64,000 nt of DNA from Syntrophales bacterium (GCA_963662405.2 CAXXKT010000001.1:1056001-1120000), one strand, 5' to 3'; positions 1-10,893 are shown, counted from the stretch's first letter. Notes: generated from the letters alone by a model not told the origin. Numbers and translations are program-made.

Positions 1-72
1 GGCGAGTCGCGCGATCGCCTCGGGCTGATCCCCTTTGGGCCTGAATTCCGTTACTATGTGCAATGGCTCCAT
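1..72 (-). CDS. uvrB: Excinuclease ABC subunit B, N-terminal 24 codons (runs off the window start)
   Basis: Manual translation of the reverse strand from the ATG at 72 gives MEPLHIVTEFRPKGDQPEAIARLA, matching the F-x-P-x-GDQP-x-AI-x-x-L N-terminal signature of UvrB. Not in the ORF track. Confidence 0.8.
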   Translation of the reverse strand, partial: MEPLHIVTEFRPKGDQPEAIARLA

Positions 73-314
73 CGCATACTTCCCGGGTGGGCGTGCCGCC
101 CGGCCGGTGTCCTCCTTTCGGAAACCTTTCACTAACTGATGGGTTTTGTCAATAGATTGTTCGAATGTTCTTTCCCGGACATATCGCGATCCGGGAACGT
201 GATATGTTGACTTTTACCGCAAGGAAAGATATCCTTAAAACCATTGACGGATTTGTGCCCCACCGTGCCGGGCGCATCGAGATCAACCTTGTAGGTGAGA
301 GATTACCAGGACCG

Positions 315-1580
315 TTGGAATACGAACTAACCATTAAGTTGATCTTATTGGCTTTCCTTCTTGTAATATCCGGATTCTTTTCCGGTTCCGAGGCGGCCAT
401 ATTTTTCCTTACCCCCCTGCATCTTCACAAGATGAAAGAGGAGCGGTTTCCCTTTACGGGGTATGTCGAACGGTTGCTGGCACGCCCGCGGAATCTGCTC
501 GTCACCATTATCGCCGGGAACGAATCGGTCAATATCGCCATCACCACGCTGACGACCTCCGTCCTGATATATCTCTTCGGGGCCGACGGGAAGTGGATCG
601 CCATCGCCGTTGCCAGTATTGTCCTGAGCATATTTTGCGAAGCCATACCCAAGACCTTCGGGGTCACTCACCCCATGCGTTTTGCCAGTGCCGTCTCCCT
701 TCCCCTGGTTGTCTTGACCGGCCTGTTGCGACCGGTCGTCTGGTTTCTCGAAAAGATATCCGACCTGTTTGTCGCGCTCTTCGGGAAGAAACACCGCATA
801 GAAGAACAGACGCTGACCGAGGATGAGTTTAAGGCGCTGGTCGACGCCGGGCATCAGGAGGGTGCTCTGGAAGAGACGCAAAAGGACCTGATCCACCGGG
901 TATTCGAGCTTGCCGATACAAAGGTATCCGAGATCATGATACCGCGGGTCGACATGTTTTGCATTCCGGTCGCCATGAGCATGCAGGAGATAGCGAGAGA
1001 AATCATACAAACCCGCGTGGTTCGTATTCCCATCTATGGGGCGAACCGCGACGATATCTTGGGGATCCTCCACTCGAAACACCTGCTGGCCGCAATCGCG
1101 GGAAGCCAGGGTCCTGTCAAATGGCAGAGTCTGATCAAGAAGCCCTACTTCGTCCCCGTAGAAAAAAGAGCAGACGAGATGCTCCGGGATTTCCAGGCGA
1201 GGAGGCTTCAGATTGCGATCGTGGTCGACGAATACGGTGGTGTCGCCGGGGTGGTGACCCTCGATGCGGTCCTCAAAACCCTCTTCGCGGACATCTATGA
1301 GGAACCGGGAGATGACCGGAACCGGATTCAGCGAATCGGCGATCAATCCATCATCTCCGGCATGATGGATATCGAAGATTTCGCCAGTCTTGTCGATATC
1401 CCGATTCCAATGGAAGCCTTCGACACGGCGGGAGGATACATCGTTCACCTCTTCGGGGAACTGCCGGCCGAGGGGGAGACGGTATCGGCAGGGGACTACA
1501 CCTTCACGGCGGAGAAGATAGACAAGGCGCGGATACAGACCATCCGCATCACGAAACGGGAGGACCCTGATCATGACTGA
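315..1580 (+). CDS. Hemolysin/CNNM (DUF21)-CBS-CorC family membrane protein, paralog 1
   Basis: SGFFSGSEAA N-terminal TM motif, EAIPK, MIPRVD, CBS pair with VVDEYGGVAGVVT, CorC-type C-terminus. The ORF opens at 165; the TTG at 315 is the more likely start (uncertain). Confidence 0.88.
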   Translation: MEYELTIKLILLAFLLVISGFFSGSEAAIFFLTPLHLHKMKEERFPFTGYVERLLARPRNLLVTIIAGNESVNIAITTLTTSVLIYLFGADGKWIAIAVASIVLSIFCEAIPKTFGVTHPMRFASAVSLPLVVLTGLLRPVVWFLEKISDLFVALFGKKHRIEEQTLTEDEFKALVDAGHQEGALEETQKDLIHRVFELADTKVSEIMIPRVDMFCIPVAMSMQEIAREIIQTRVVRIPIYGANRDDILGILHSKHLLAAIAGSQGPVKWQSLIKKPYFVPVEKRADEMLRDFQARRLQIAIVVDEYGGVAGVVTLDAVLKTLFADIYEEPGDDRNRIQRIGDQSIISGMMDIEDFASLVDIPIPMEAFDTAGGYIVHLFGELPAEGETVSAGDYTFTAEKIDKARIQTIRITKREDPDHD

Positions 1581-2868
1581 TCTCATCTTCCTCCTCTCGA
1601 TCGCCCTGTTCCTCTTTCTGGAGGGGCTTTTCTCCGGCGGGGAACTGGCTCTCGTGTCCTGCGACATCAATATCATGAGACGCAAGGCACAAACCGGTTC
1701 ACGCTCCGCATCCATCGCCCTGAAGTTGATGGAAAAGCCGGAGTGGTTCCTGGCAACCACACTGACCGGTACGAATCTTTGTGCCGTCACCAACACCGCC
1801 CTGACCACGGCCCTCTTCATATCCTCCTTTGGGGCCGAAACGGGGGAACTCCTCTCCATCGTTGTGATGATTCCCCTGATCCTGGTGGTGGGTGAGGTTA
1901 TCCCGAAGAGCATCTTTCAGCAGCACGCGAATCGGATGGTCCCCCGGATTGCCTGGTTTCTCTGGACCGCATCCTGGGTACTCTATCCGATTGTTTTTGT
2001 CCTTTCCCGGATCTCACGGAGAACCGTGTATACCTTTTCCGGGAAACGGGATCACCCGTACCCGTCGTACATAACAAAAAACGGCCTGGAATCGCTCCTG
2101 CGGGATGAACGGGACGGGAGCGACATTATGAAACCGGAAAAAGAGATGATCCGGCGGGTCTTCGATTTTTCCGATTCCACGGCGGATCAGCTGATGGTTC
2201 CCCTCTCAAATGTTACCGTCGTACCGGCGGCCATGCCCCTGCGGGAGGCAATGCACATTATTGCCGATGAAGGGTACTCCTATATCCCGGTTTACCGTGA
2301 CACGGTGTTCAATATTGTCGGAATATTGTACTCCTTTGATATACTGGAGGCCCTCTCGGGAGGTGCAGGGGGACTCAGTTCCCCCGATGAGATGCTCGTC
2401 GAACAGTACATGAAGCCCAAGGTCCTGTACGTTCCCGAAGCCAAACTGGCGAAGGAACTGTTTCTGGAGCTGCAGAACAGGGGTGAGCAGATGGCCGTTA
2501 TCGTCGATGAGTACGGCGGTGCCGTCGGTATCGTCACCATCGAAGATATCCTGGAAGAGATTGTTGGGGAGATCGAAGATGAATACCACAGTGACGGGGA
2601 TATCCTCTATCGCAAGGTTGGCCCGGGACGGTATCTCTTCAATGCACAGGCGAAGATCGATACCGTTCGCGGTCTCCTCCCCGTCGCCATCCCCTCGGGA
2701 GACTATGAGACCCTCGGGGGATTTCTCCTGTATAAGATGGGAAGGATTCCTCGGGGGGGCGAGAGCTACCGGCATGATACGGTTACCTTCGTTGTCGAGG
2801 ACGCCGACATGAAGGTGATCCGTGAGGTCTTGGTCGTCCTTCCCCCCGGTATGGACCTGCTCAGATAG
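1573..2868 (+). CDS. Hemolysin/CNNM (DUF21)-CBS-CorC family membrane protein, paralog 2
   Basis: [53 protein letters not shown] motifs; overlaps the upstream paralog by 8 nt. Confidence 0.9.
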   Translation: MTDLIFLLSIALFLFLEGLFSGGELALVSCDINIMRRKAQTGSRSASIALKLMEKPEWFLATTLTGTNLCAVTNTALTTALFISSFGAETGELLSIVVMIPLILVVGEVIPKSIFQQHANRMVPRIAWFLWTASWVLYPIVFVLSRISRRTVYTFSGKRDHPYPSYITKNGLESLLRDERDGSDIMKPEKEMIRRVFDFSDSTADQLMVPLSNVTVVPAAMPLREAMHIIADEGYSYIPVYRDTVFNIVGILYSFDILEALSGGAGGLSSPDEMLVEQYMKPKVLYVPEAKLAKELFLELQNRGEQMAVIVDEYGGAVGIVTIEDILEEIVGEIEDEYHSDGDILYRKVGPGRYLFNAQAKIDTVRGLLPVAIPSGDYETLGGFLLYKMGRIPRGGESYRHDTVTFVVEDADMKVIREVLVVLPPGMDLLR

Positions 2869-2882
2869 AAAGGACCTGATAG

Positions 2883-3647
2883 ATGCGAGAGTCGAATGGA
2901 ACGGAGTTGGCGGCGATTATCCTTGCCGCGGGCAAGGGGACGCGGATGAGGTCCGATCTGGTCAAGGTGCTCCATCCCCTCTGCGGGAAACCGATGGTGT
3001 GGTACGTGGCGGCGCTCGCCCGGACTCTCGGGGTACGGAAAACCGTTGCCGTCGTGGGGCACCAGGCGTCGATGGTCAGGAAAGCCATGGCCGGGCAGGG
3101 GCTCATCTATGCCCTGCAGGAAGAACAGATGGGGAGTGCTCACGCCGTCCTGCAGGCTGCCCAAGCGCTGAATGGATTTGGGGGAGATGTCCTGATACTG
3201 TGCGGCGATGTTCCGCTCCTTCTTCCCGTTACCATTGAATCCCTCCTGACGAGTCACCGCGCCCACGGCGGGGTTATCACGGTCATGACCGCCCTTCTGG
3301 ACGACCCCGGCACATACGGTCGAGTGGTCAAGAACGAGACCGGTGATGTACTGAAGATCGTTGAGGCACGCGACGCCGATCCGGAAGAGAAGAAGATCAA
3401 GGAGATCAATACGGGGATATACTGTGCCCGGGCCGAATTTCTCTTTGAGGCCGTTCGCGTCATAGGAAACACGAACGCCCAGGGCGAGTATTACTTTACC
3501 GACATCTTCGAAATCGCCCGGAACGAAGGGCACAGGACCGGATCATTTATTATCCCCGATCCAGTCGAGGCCATGGGAATCAACACACCGGAAGACCTGA
3601 AGGCGGCGGATAAAATAATGCGATCCCGGTCGCCACATCGATTGTAA
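2883..3647 (+). CDS. GlmU-like sugar-phosphate nucleotidyltransferase (uridyltransferase domain only)
   Basis: ILAAGKGTRMRSDLVKVLH, LCGDVPL, YGRVV, EINTGIYC, NAQGEYY, GINT motifs; ends at 254 aa with no hexapeptide-repeat acetyltransferase domain. Confidence 0.88.
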   Translation: MRESNGTELAAIILAAGKGTRMRSDLVKVLHPLCGKPMVWYVAALARTLGVRKTVAVVGHQASMVRKAMAGQGLIYALQEEQMGSAHAVLQAAQALNGFGGDVLILCGDVPLLLPVTIESLLTSHRAHGGVITVMTALLDDPGTYGRVVKNETGDVLKIVEARDADPEEKKIKEINTGIYCARAEFLFEAVRVIGNTNAQGEYYFTDIFEIARNEGHRTGSFIIPDPVEAMGINTPEDLKAADKIMRSRSPHRL

Positions 3648-3802
3648 CCCCGCGAAACAACCATCCGCAGTCTGTTCATGGGAATTCCCCGGTTCAGCTC
3701 AGATTTGTCCTTCCGTTATGTACTTTGGGATTGACTTCAAAAGAGGGAATTGTTAGGAAAACGAGTTTTGAAAAATTAAAGTCCTTTGTGAGGAGGAGTA
3801 CC

Positions 3803-6208
3803 ATGGAAGCCAAGAAGCTCGTACTCTGGTTTAATGAAATAGAGCTGGGGGATATTCCGCAGGTTGGAGGGAAAAATGCATCTCTGGGAGAAATGTTCCG
3901 GGAACTGCCCGCCAAGGGGGTGAACATCCCGGATGGATTCGCCGTCACCGCCGATGCGTACCGATATCTCCTGGAATCCGCAGGCATAGGGGATAAGATC
4001 GAACAGATCCTCTCCGATCTGGATACGCACGACATGCATAACCTCAGCGAAAAAGGGGAAAAGATCAGATCCCTTATATACAACGCAGTGATGCCTGACG
4101 ATCTCAACCAGGCAATTCTCGATGCCTACGGGAAGCTGTGCGAGGAATACGGGAAGGATACCGATGTGGCCGTGCGGTCATCCGCGACGGCCGAAGACCT
4201 GCCCGATGCCAGTTTTGCCGGGCAGCAGGAGACATACCTGAACATCAGGGGAAACGAGGGGCTGATCGATGCCTGCAAGCGATGTTTTGCCTCACTCTTC
4301 ACCAACCGGGCCATTTCATACCGGGAGGACAAGGATTTTGACCACTTGTCCGTTGCTCTTTCCATCGGTGTCCAGAAGATGGTCCGTTCCGACCTGGCGG
4401 CCTCGGGCGTTATCTTCTCCATCGATACCGAATCGGGATTCAAGGATGCCGTTCTCCTCACCGGATCGTACGGTCTGGGCGAGCTGGTTGTTCAGGGAAC
4501 CGTAAATCCCGATGAATTCTACGTCTTTAAGCCGACTCTCAAAACCGGGTTTAAACCGATTCTTCAAAAGAAACTGGGAACCAAAGAGGTCAAGATGATC
4601 TATGCATCGGGGAAGAAAGAGCCCGTCGAGATCGTCCCGGTCCCCGAAGACCAACGAAAACAGTTCTGTATCACGGAAGAAGAGATCCTGAGGCTTGCCC
4701 AGTGGACGGCGATCATCGAAGATCACTACTCCGCCCAGGCCGGGTACTTCAAACCTATGGACATCGAGTGGGGAAAGGACGGCCGCACCGGTGAGCTCTT
4801 CATCCTGCAGGCCCGCCCCGAGACCGTACAGTCACAGAGGGACGCCAATGTCTTGGAAAGTTACAAACTTGCCGAGGCGGCGAACGTCCTCGTGACGGGG
4901 ACGGCGGTCGGATCGAAGATCGGCTCAGGGCCGGCGCATGTTATTGAAAGTGTTAACGAGATCAGAGATTTCAAGAAGGGGGAGGTCCTCATCACCGACA
5001 TGACCGACCCCGACTGGGAGCCGATCATGAAGATCGCCGCTGCCATTGTGACGAACAAAGGCGGGCGGACTTGCCATGCGGCGATTATCAGTCGGGAACT
5101 GGGAGTCCCCTGTATCGTGGGAACGGGGGACGGCACCGAGAAGCTCAAGGATGTCAAAGAGGTGACGGCATCGTGTGCCGAAGGAGAAGTGGGGAACGTC
5201 TATGGGGGGATCCTGAAATACGATGTCACGAGAATCAACCTGGAAGAAATGAAGCGCCCCAAGACCAACATCATGATGAATGTGGGGAATCCCGATATCG
5301 CCTTCAACGTGGCGCATATCCCCAATGACGGGGTCGGACTGGCGCGGCTGGAGTTTATCATCAGCAATTTTATCAAGATACACCCCATGGCCCTGATCAA
5401 GTTTGACACGCTGAAGGATGAAAAGACAAAAAAAGAGATCGAGGAACTCACGCTGGGATATGCGAACAAGGTTGATTTCTTTGTCGACAAGCTGGCGCAG
5501 GGGGTGGCGAAGATCGGTGCCGCCTTCTATCCGAATGACGTCATCGTCAGGATGAGCGATTTCAAGAGCAACGAATACGCCAATCTGATCGGCGGACCAC
5601 TCTTCGAAGTGGAAGAAGAAAACCCGATGATCGGCTTCAGAGGGGCCTCGCGTTACTATGATAATCGCTATCGGGAGGGATTTGAGCTCGAGTGCAAGGC
5701 GATGCTGAAGGTCCGCAACGAGATGGGGCTCTCCAACGTAAAACTGATGATCCCCTTCTGTCGGACCGTCGATGAGGCGAAAAAGGTCGTCGATGTCATG
5801 GCGAAAAACGGTCTCGTCCAGGGGGAAAACGCCCTTGAACTGTACATGATGGTCGAGATTCCGAGCAACGTCGTTTTGATAGAGGAGTTCGGAAAGATCT
5901 TCGACGGATTCTCCATCGGATCGAACGATCTGACCCAGCTCACGTTGGGGCTCGACAGGGATTCGGCTCTGATATCGCATATCTTTGATGAGCGGAACCA
6001 GGCGGTAACGATCCTTATCCGGGATGCGATCGCCAAGGCGAGGAAGATGGGACGGAAGATCGGTATCTGCGGGCAGGCGCCGAGCGATTATCCCGAGTTT
6101 GCGGAGTTTCTGGTCGAATGTGGTATCAACAGCATCTCGCTCATTTCCGATACCGTTATTGAAACGACGCTGAAGGTGCTCGAAACGGAAAAGGCCTTGG
6201 GGCGGTAA
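3803..6208 (+). CDS. ppsA: Phosphoenolpyruvate synthase (pyruvate, water dikinase)
   Basis: VGGKNASLGEM, AVRSSATAEDLPDASFAGQQETYLN, GGRTCHAAIISRELG (phospho-His), GFSIGSNDLTQL, GICGQAPSD; AGGAGGAG RBS before the ATG at 3803. Confidence 0.96.
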   Translation: MEAKKLVLWFNEIELGDIPQVGGKNASLGEMFRELPAKGVNIPDGFAVTADAYRYLLESAGIGDKIEQILSDLDTHDMHNLSEKGEKIRSLIYNAVMPDDLNQAILDAYGKLCEEYGKDTDVAVRSSATAEDLPDASFAGQQETYLNIRGNEGLIDACKRCFASLFTNRAISYREDKDFDHLSVALSIGVQKMVRSDLAASGVIFSIDTESGFKDAVLLTGSYGLGELVVQGTVNPDEFYVFKPTLKTGFKPILQKKLGTKEVKMIYASGKKEPVEIVPVPEDQRKQFCITEEEILRLAQWTAIIEDHYSAQAGYFKPMDIEWGKDGRTGELFILQARPETVQSQRDANVLESYKLAEAANVLVTGTAVGSKIGSGPAHVIESVNEIRDFKKGEVLITDMTDPDWEPIMKIAAAIVTNKGGRTCHAAIISRELGVPCIVGTGDGTEKLKDVKEVTASCAEGEVGNVYGGILKYDVTRINLEEMKRPKTNIMMNVGNPDIAFNVAHIPNDGVGLARLEFIISNFIKIHPMALIKFDTLKDEKTKKEIEELTLGYANKVDFFVDKLAQGVAKIGAAFYPNDVIVRMSDFKSNEYANLIGGPLFEVEEENPMIGFRGASRYYDNRYREGFELECKAMLKVRNEMGLSNVKLMIPFCRTVDEAKKVVDVMAKNGLVQGENALELYMMVEIPSNVVLIEEFGKIFDGFSIGSNDLTQLTLGLDRDSALISHIFDERNQAVTILIRDAIAKARKMGRKIGICGQAPSDYPEFAEFLVECGINSISLISDTVIETTLKVLETEKALGR

Positions 6209-6235
6209 CTGCTCCGGACAGAGAAAGGTGAATTG

Positions 6236-6275
6236 AAAAAGGGGGTGCGGCCGAAGTAACCGCATCCCCTTTCTT
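6236..6275. terminator. Probable bidirectional intrinsic terminator between ppsA and rnpB
   Basis: AAAAA-GGGGGTGCGG...CCGCATCCCC-TTTCTT hairpin with A and T tracts on either side. Confidence 0.7.
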
Positions 6276-6283
6276 GTACGTGT

Positions 6284-6660
6284 GTCAGAGTAGATCTGTA
6301 AGCCGAGTTCTGTCTCTCTTCCCGGTTCCCCCGGAAGAGCGATGATCATTCATCTGGGACAACGATTGCCCGCTGCCTCAAGCAACCTACCCGGAAACTT
6401 CGGACGGGCCGCCCTCGAACGTTTCCCTATTTGGTCTTGCTCCGGATGGGGTTTACCATGCCTTCCCCGTCACCGGGGAAGCGGTGAGCTCTTACCTCGC
6501 CTTTTCACCCTTACCTCGATGTGTATCGAGGCGGTATCTTTTCTGTGGCACTTTCCTTAGGGTCGCCCCCAGTCGCCGTTAGCGACCATCCTGCCCTGTG
6601 GAGCTCGGACTTTCCTCCGACCCGCCGAAGCGGGCCCGCGATCATCCGATCTGCTCTGAC
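6284..6660 (-). ncRNA. rnpB: RNase P RNA (bacterial type A)
   Basis: Reverse strand contains GAGGAAAGTCCGAGCTCCACAGGGCAGGATG, AGTGCCACAGAAA, GGTAAACCCCATCCGGAGCAAGACCAAATAG and ACAGAACTCGGCTTAC; the 5' and 3' ends pair as P1 (GTCAGAG..AGATC). Confidence 0.96.
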
Positions 6661-6683
6661 AACAAGAACATTATATCAGGTTT

Positions 6684-7106
6684 CTAAAAGACGTCAACCG
6701 CATCGTCAATGGCCTCATTGGCAAGTTGGTCGGCCATGGCGTTCTCGCTCCGCGGGACATGTGAGACGGTATATCCGTCGAAACGGGAAAGATATTTCCG
6801 TACCTCACGCATCAGGACCTTCAAGCGGTCGTTCTTGATCCGATAAACGCCGGTGATCTGCCTGACCAAAAGCTCAGAATCGAGAAAGATGCGGATGTCT
6901 CTATGCCCCCCGTTCAGTGCCTCCTGAAGTCCCAGAATCAGAGCGTTATACTCGGCCTCATTGTTCGTACAGGTTCCCAGGAATTTCTTTGCGGATGCCA
7001 CCACGTCCCCTTCTTTGTTGAGAAGGACCGCTCCTGCTCCCCCATGGCCGGGATTTCCACGGGACGCACCGTCGGTATACAAGAGGATCGCGTCTTTCTC
7101 AGGCAT
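6684..7106 (-). CDS. rnhA: Ribonuclease HI family protein
   Basis: YTDGASRGNPG, TNNEAEY, DSELLVRQ, HVPRSENAMADQLAN. Confidence 0.92.
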   Translation of the reverse strand: MPEKDAILLYTDGASRGNPGHGGAGAVLLNKEGDVVASAKKFLGTCTNNEAEYNALILGLQEALNGGHRDIRIFLDSELLVRQITGVYRIKNDRLKVLMREVRKYLSRFDGYTVSHVPRSENAMADQLANEAIDDAVDVF

Positions 7107-7827
7107 TGTCGCCGCCGTTTCTGTCTTCCCAGTAGATGATCCGGTCACAGTGGGGACACATCATGAGTCTGTCATTCCGTTGCAGTTCGTTATACATCTG
7201 TGGCGGTATGTTCATGTGACATCCGTGGCAGACCGCCTTCCACACGGGCACTATGACTCTGCCGCCCTTCCTGGATCTGATCATATCGAATTTCTTAAGG
7301 ATTGTTTTATCTGTTTTGCTTCTCACGTTGTCCCGTCTGTGGTGGGCCTTTTCCAGTTCTGAATCAATGGAATTGAGTTCGTTCTCCATTTGTCTGATTT
7401 CTTCTTCACACATGGAGCGGCGTTCGGCTGTCTCGGTCGCCCGTCTCTTAAGAATCTCTCCGGCGGTGTCGATCGCTTCGAGCATCCGAAGGATCTCGTC
7501 TTCCGTTGAACTGTTTTTTGCCTGAATGGACTCAATCTCTTTCAGGAGGGCCTCATATTCTTTGTTACTCTTGACGTCAAACAGACGGCCCTTTGATTTC
7601 TTTACCTGTTCAACACTGTTTTTCAGAGCTGTTTCTTGTGCTTTATGGTCGGCCTTCAGCGCCTCGACCTTCTGTTCGTCTTCATTCAACTCTTTCTCAA
7701 TATCCTCTAACTCTTCGCCGAGTCTTTGTATGTCCTGAGGCAAATTAACTCGTTTTGCAGTCAGGGTGTCGATCTCTCCATTGATGCTCTGAAGCTCAAT
7801 CAACAAACGTATCTGCTCTTTCAACAA
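7099..7827 (-). CDS. Coiled-coil C4 zinc-ribbon domain protein (DUF164 type)
   Basis: Long heptad coiled coil followed by CHGCHMNIPPQ...CPHCDRIIY; TTG start. Confidence 0.88.
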   Translation of the reverse strand: MLKEQIRLLIELQSINGEIDTLTAKRVNLPQDIQRLGEELEDIEKELNEDEQKVEALKADHKAQETALKNSVEQVKKSKGRLFDVKSNKEYEALLKEIESIQAKNSSTEDEILRMLEAIDTAGEILKRRATETAERRSMCEEEIRQMENELNSIDSELEKAHHRRDNVRSKTDKTILKKFDMIRSRKGGRVIVPVWKAVCHGCHMNIPPQMYNELQRNDRLMMCPHCDRIIYWEDRNGGDNA

Positions 7828-7851
7828 TTTTCCCCTTTCCTAACGATGCGC

Positions 7852-7884
7852 AAAAAAAAAGTGCACCAGAATCTTGGTGCACTT
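7852..7884 (-). terminator. Intrinsic terminator downstream of the tRNA
   Basis: Reverse strand AAGTGCACCAAGATTCTGGTGCAC followed by T9. Confidence 0.75.
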
Positions 7885-7958
7885 CTCAACCGCTCCTTGC
7901 AATGGATGTTTTCCCTTGGCATCTGTATTTTTCTGAAATCCACATATCCTGGTTTTAA

Positions 7959-8034
7959 TGGTGGGCCCACCTGGGTTCGAACCAGGGACCTACCGGTTAT
8001 GAGCCGGTGGCTCTTCCAGCTGAGCTATGGGCCC
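7959..8034 (-). tRNA. tRNA with CAT anticodon, probably tRNA-Ile2 (lysidine) rather than elongator Met
   Basis: GGGCCCATAGCTCAGCTGGAAGAGCCACCGGCTCATAACCGGTAGGTCCCTGGTTCGAACCCAGGTGGGCCCACCA: 76-nt cloverleaf with encoded CCA. The G1-C72 pair excludes initiator tRNA; C4/C5 in the acceptor stem resemble Ile2. Confidence 0.93.
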
Positions 8035-8166
8035 AAAGTATCTTTGAGCTAACCAAAAACCACCTCTCTATATGGTATGAGAGCAATTGTCAAGCACTTT
8101 TGTATTAAGGTCTCGCAAGAAATAGTGTTCCGTTCTGAGAATCACCCTGCCGCGATGTCCAATCCA

Positions 8167-9528
8167 TTACATGAACAGGTGTTCGGATAGCGCTTGTATC
8201 GTGTCAATGGTAATGCGAGCTATCTTTTTATCTTGTGTCCTGTCGCCGAGCGAGGTGCCGGGAAAGATGCAGCGGGTGAAGCCCATGCGCGACGCCTCAT
8301 TGATCCTCTCATCCATCCGGCCGACGGTTCGTACCTCCCCCGTCAGCCCCACCTCACCGCAGACGACGGTATCGGCGTCGATCGGCCGATCAAGAAAGCT
8401 GGACATCAACGACGAGATAATCCCGAGGTCCACCGCCGGTTCATCCAGTTTGACACCGCCCGCCACATTGATGAAGATGTCATGGTTCCCCAGGTGCAGG
8501 CCGCACACCTTTTCCATCACCGCCGCAAGGAGCGACACCCGGTTGTGGTCAACACCGATCGTCGTCCTCCGAGGGATACCGAAGGTGTTTTCACTGACCA
8601 GCGACTGGATCTCCACCAGGAGAGGCCGGGTTCCTTCCATGCTGGGAATCACAACCGATCCCGCCGCGCCCTTCGGCCGCTCGGACAGGAAAAGGGCCGA
8701 GGGGTTCTCAATCTCCACGAGACCGCGCTCCCGCATTTCAAAGACCCCAATCTCATTAGTGGGACCGTACCGGTTTTTCACGTTGCGTATGATCCTGAAC
8801 GTGTGTCCCGAGTCGCCTTCGAAATACAGGACCGTATCCACCATGTGCTCCAGGACTCGGGGCCCCGCTATGGATCCCTCCTTTGTGACGTGACCGATCA
8901 GGAAGAGGGGAATCCCCGTTTTCTTGGCCGTGAGGATCAGTTTCCCCGACGCCTCTTTGATCTGACTGACGCTCCCGGGGGCGGAGGTGAGTTCCGATGA
9001 GTAGACCGTCTGGATGGAGTCGATGACCACAACTCCCGGTTGCATTTCCCTGATATGCCGCAGGATATGTTCGAGCGATACCTCGATGAGAACCATCAGG
9101 TTGCTTGATGAGGCACCGACACGTCCCCCCCGCAGCTTGATCTGACGGGCGGATTCCTCCCCTGAGACGTAGAGGGCGACCACCCCGCTAGCGGCAAGAT
9201 TCTGCATGACCTGCAACAGGAGTGTGGATTTTCCGATGCCGGGGTCGCCCCCGATCAGGACGGCTGACCCGCCGACGATCCCGCCCCCCAAGACACGGTC
9301 GATCTCGGCGATCCCGGTTCGGAGGCGGTCCTTTTCGTCCGCAAGGATGGTGTCGATGGGCATGGGTTCCTCATTGAACCATGCCTCCACGGACCCCTCA
9401 GCCGGGGCGATTCGTTCCTCTTCCTCGGCGAACTGGTTCCACTCGCCGCAGGAAGGACACCTCCCGAGCCATTTGGCGGACTGGTGGCCACAATTCTGGC
9501 AGAAGAAGGTCGTTTTGTTCTTTTTCAT
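8167..9528 (-). CDS. radA: DNA repair protein RadA/Sms
   Basis: CQNCG...CPSC zinc finger, GGDPGIGKSTLL Walker A, KNRYG motif, Lon-like C-terminus; GGAGG RBS before the ATG at 9528. Confidence 0.96.
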   Translation of the reverse strand: MKKNKTTFFCQNCGHQSAKWLGRCPSCGEWNQFAEEEERIAPAEGSVEAWFNEEPMPIDTILADEKDRLRTGIAEIDRVLGGGIVGGSAVLIGGDPGIGKSTLLLQVMQNLAASGVVALYVSGEESARQIKLRGGRVGASSSNLMVLIEVSLEHILRHIREMQPGVVVIDSIQTVYSSELTSAPGSVSQIKEASGKLILTAKKTGIPLFLIGHVTKEGSIAGPRVLEHMVDTVLYFEGDSGHTFRIIRNVKNRYGPTNEIGVFEMRERGLVEIENPSALFLSERPKGAAGSVVIPSMEGTRPLLVEIQSLVSENTFGIPRRTTIGVDHNRVSLLAAVMEKVCGLHLGNHDIFINVAGGVKLDEPAVDLGIISSLMSSFLDRPIDADTVVCGEVGLTGEVRTVGRMDERINEASRMGFTRCIFPGTSLGDRTQDKKIARITIDTIQALSEHLFM

Positions 9529-9765
9529 GCATCTCCTCCGGATCTGTCGTCCACGAGGTGCACGACCCTGAAACTGTACCCAATCGGGACGGTTTCCGCA
9601 ACTCAAAACCCCCGGTTCGGGGGTGCCGGGGAACGGTTGCGATAGCGTAACAGGACCACCCCTCTGCCTTCCAGAAAAACGGGAAACGTCATCACTTTAT
9701 GGATGGACACGCATCGCCAATTCTGGTATGAAGCCAGTTTGCGACTATGTGAGAAAGAGGTTTGT

Positions 9766-10893
9766 ATGAATAATCCTAACTTCAGTTCCGGTCCGTGTTC
9801 CAAGAGGCCGGGGTGGAACGTAGATGTCTTGAAGGGGGCGGCCGTCGGCCGTTCACACCGCAGTGCTGCCGGGAGGGACAAACTGGCACAAGCGATAAAC
9901 GAAAGCAAAGGAGTGCTCGGGATCCCGGACGATTATCTCCTCGGGATTCTTCCCGGCTCAGATACCGGGGCCTTTGAAGGGGCCATGTGGTCGCTGCTGG
10001 GTCCCCGGCCGGTAACGGTGCTGGCCTGGGAAAGTTTCAGCAAAGGGTGGGCGACGGATGTGGAAAAGCAGTTGAAACTTGGCCCCACCATTCTCGAGGC
10101 CGATTACGGAGAGATCCCGGACCTGCAGGCGATTGACTGGTCGAATGACGTGGTTTTCGTGGCCAACGGGACGACCAGCGGTGTCCGGATCCCGGACTGG
10201 GACTGGATCCCCGATAACCGGGAAGGTCTGACCCTGTGCGATGCAACCAGCGCCGCCTTTGCCATGGAGATCGAATGGTCAAAGGTGGACGTCCTAGCCT
10301 ATTCTTGGCAGAAGTGTCTCGGAGGGGAAGCGGCACATGGGATGTTGGTCCTGAGTCCGCGGGCCGTCGAGCGTTTGGAGAGCTATACGCCGCCGTGGCC
10401 CATGCCGAAGATTTTCCGTATGACGAAAAGTGGAACGCTCAACAGGGCTATCTTCAAGGGGGATACGATCAACACCCCTTCCCTCCTCTGTGTGGAGGAT
10501 TATCTGGATGCCCTTGCCTGGGCAGAAAAATTAGGGTTGGTCGGGCTTATTGCACGAAGCAGGGCCAACCTGGGTGTCGTGGAGGATTGGGTCGGAAGGA
10601 CAGACTGGGTCGAATTTCTCGCCGCGTCTGCAACTATCCGATCCAGTACATCCGTCTGTCTGAAGGTAGCGGATGGCAGGTTTCAGGCACTTTCCAAGAA
10701 CGACCAGTCGGCGTGGATCAAGAAGATCGTCGGCCAATTGAGCTCGGAAGGTGTTGCCCACGACATCGGCTCATATAAAGACGCCCCCCCGGGGTTCCGC
10801 ATCTGGTGCGGTCCCACTGTGGAAGAGGCGGACGTCAGGGCGGTTGTCGAGAGGTTGGAAGAGGCCTGTCTGCAGGGGATGAAAGAGATATAA
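9766..10893 (+). CDS. serC: Phosphoserine aminotransferase (Methanosarcina/alphaproteobacterial type)
   Basis: [39 protein letters not shown] (PLP Lys), [15 protein letters not shown]; adjacent to serA. Confidence 0.92.
   Translation: MNNPNFSSGPCSKRPGWNVDVLKGAAVGRSHRSAAGRDKLAQAINESKGVLGIPDDYLLGILPGSDTGAFEGAMWSLLGPRPVTVLAWESFSKGWATDVEKQLKLGPTILEADYGEIPDLQAIDWSNDVVFVANGTTSGVRIPDWDWIPDNREGLTLCDATSAAFAMEIEWSKVDVLAYSWQKCLGGEAAHGMLVLSPRAVERLESYTPPWPMPKIFRMTKSGTLNRAIFKGDTINTPSLLCVEDYLDALAWAEKLGLVGLIARSRANLGVVEDWVGRTDWVEFLAASATIRSSTSVCLKVADGRFQALSKNDQSAWIKKIVGQLSSEGVAHDIGSYKDAPPGFRIWCGPTVEEADVRAVVERLEEACLQGMKEI

Noticed and set aside
6342..6838. ORFs 6342-6560 and 6521-6838
   Set aside because: They are antisense to the RNase P RNA, a common spurious call.
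7959..8034. tRNA as an island integration site
   Set aside because: No duplicated tRNA 3' end or integrase was seen; flanking genes are housekeeping.
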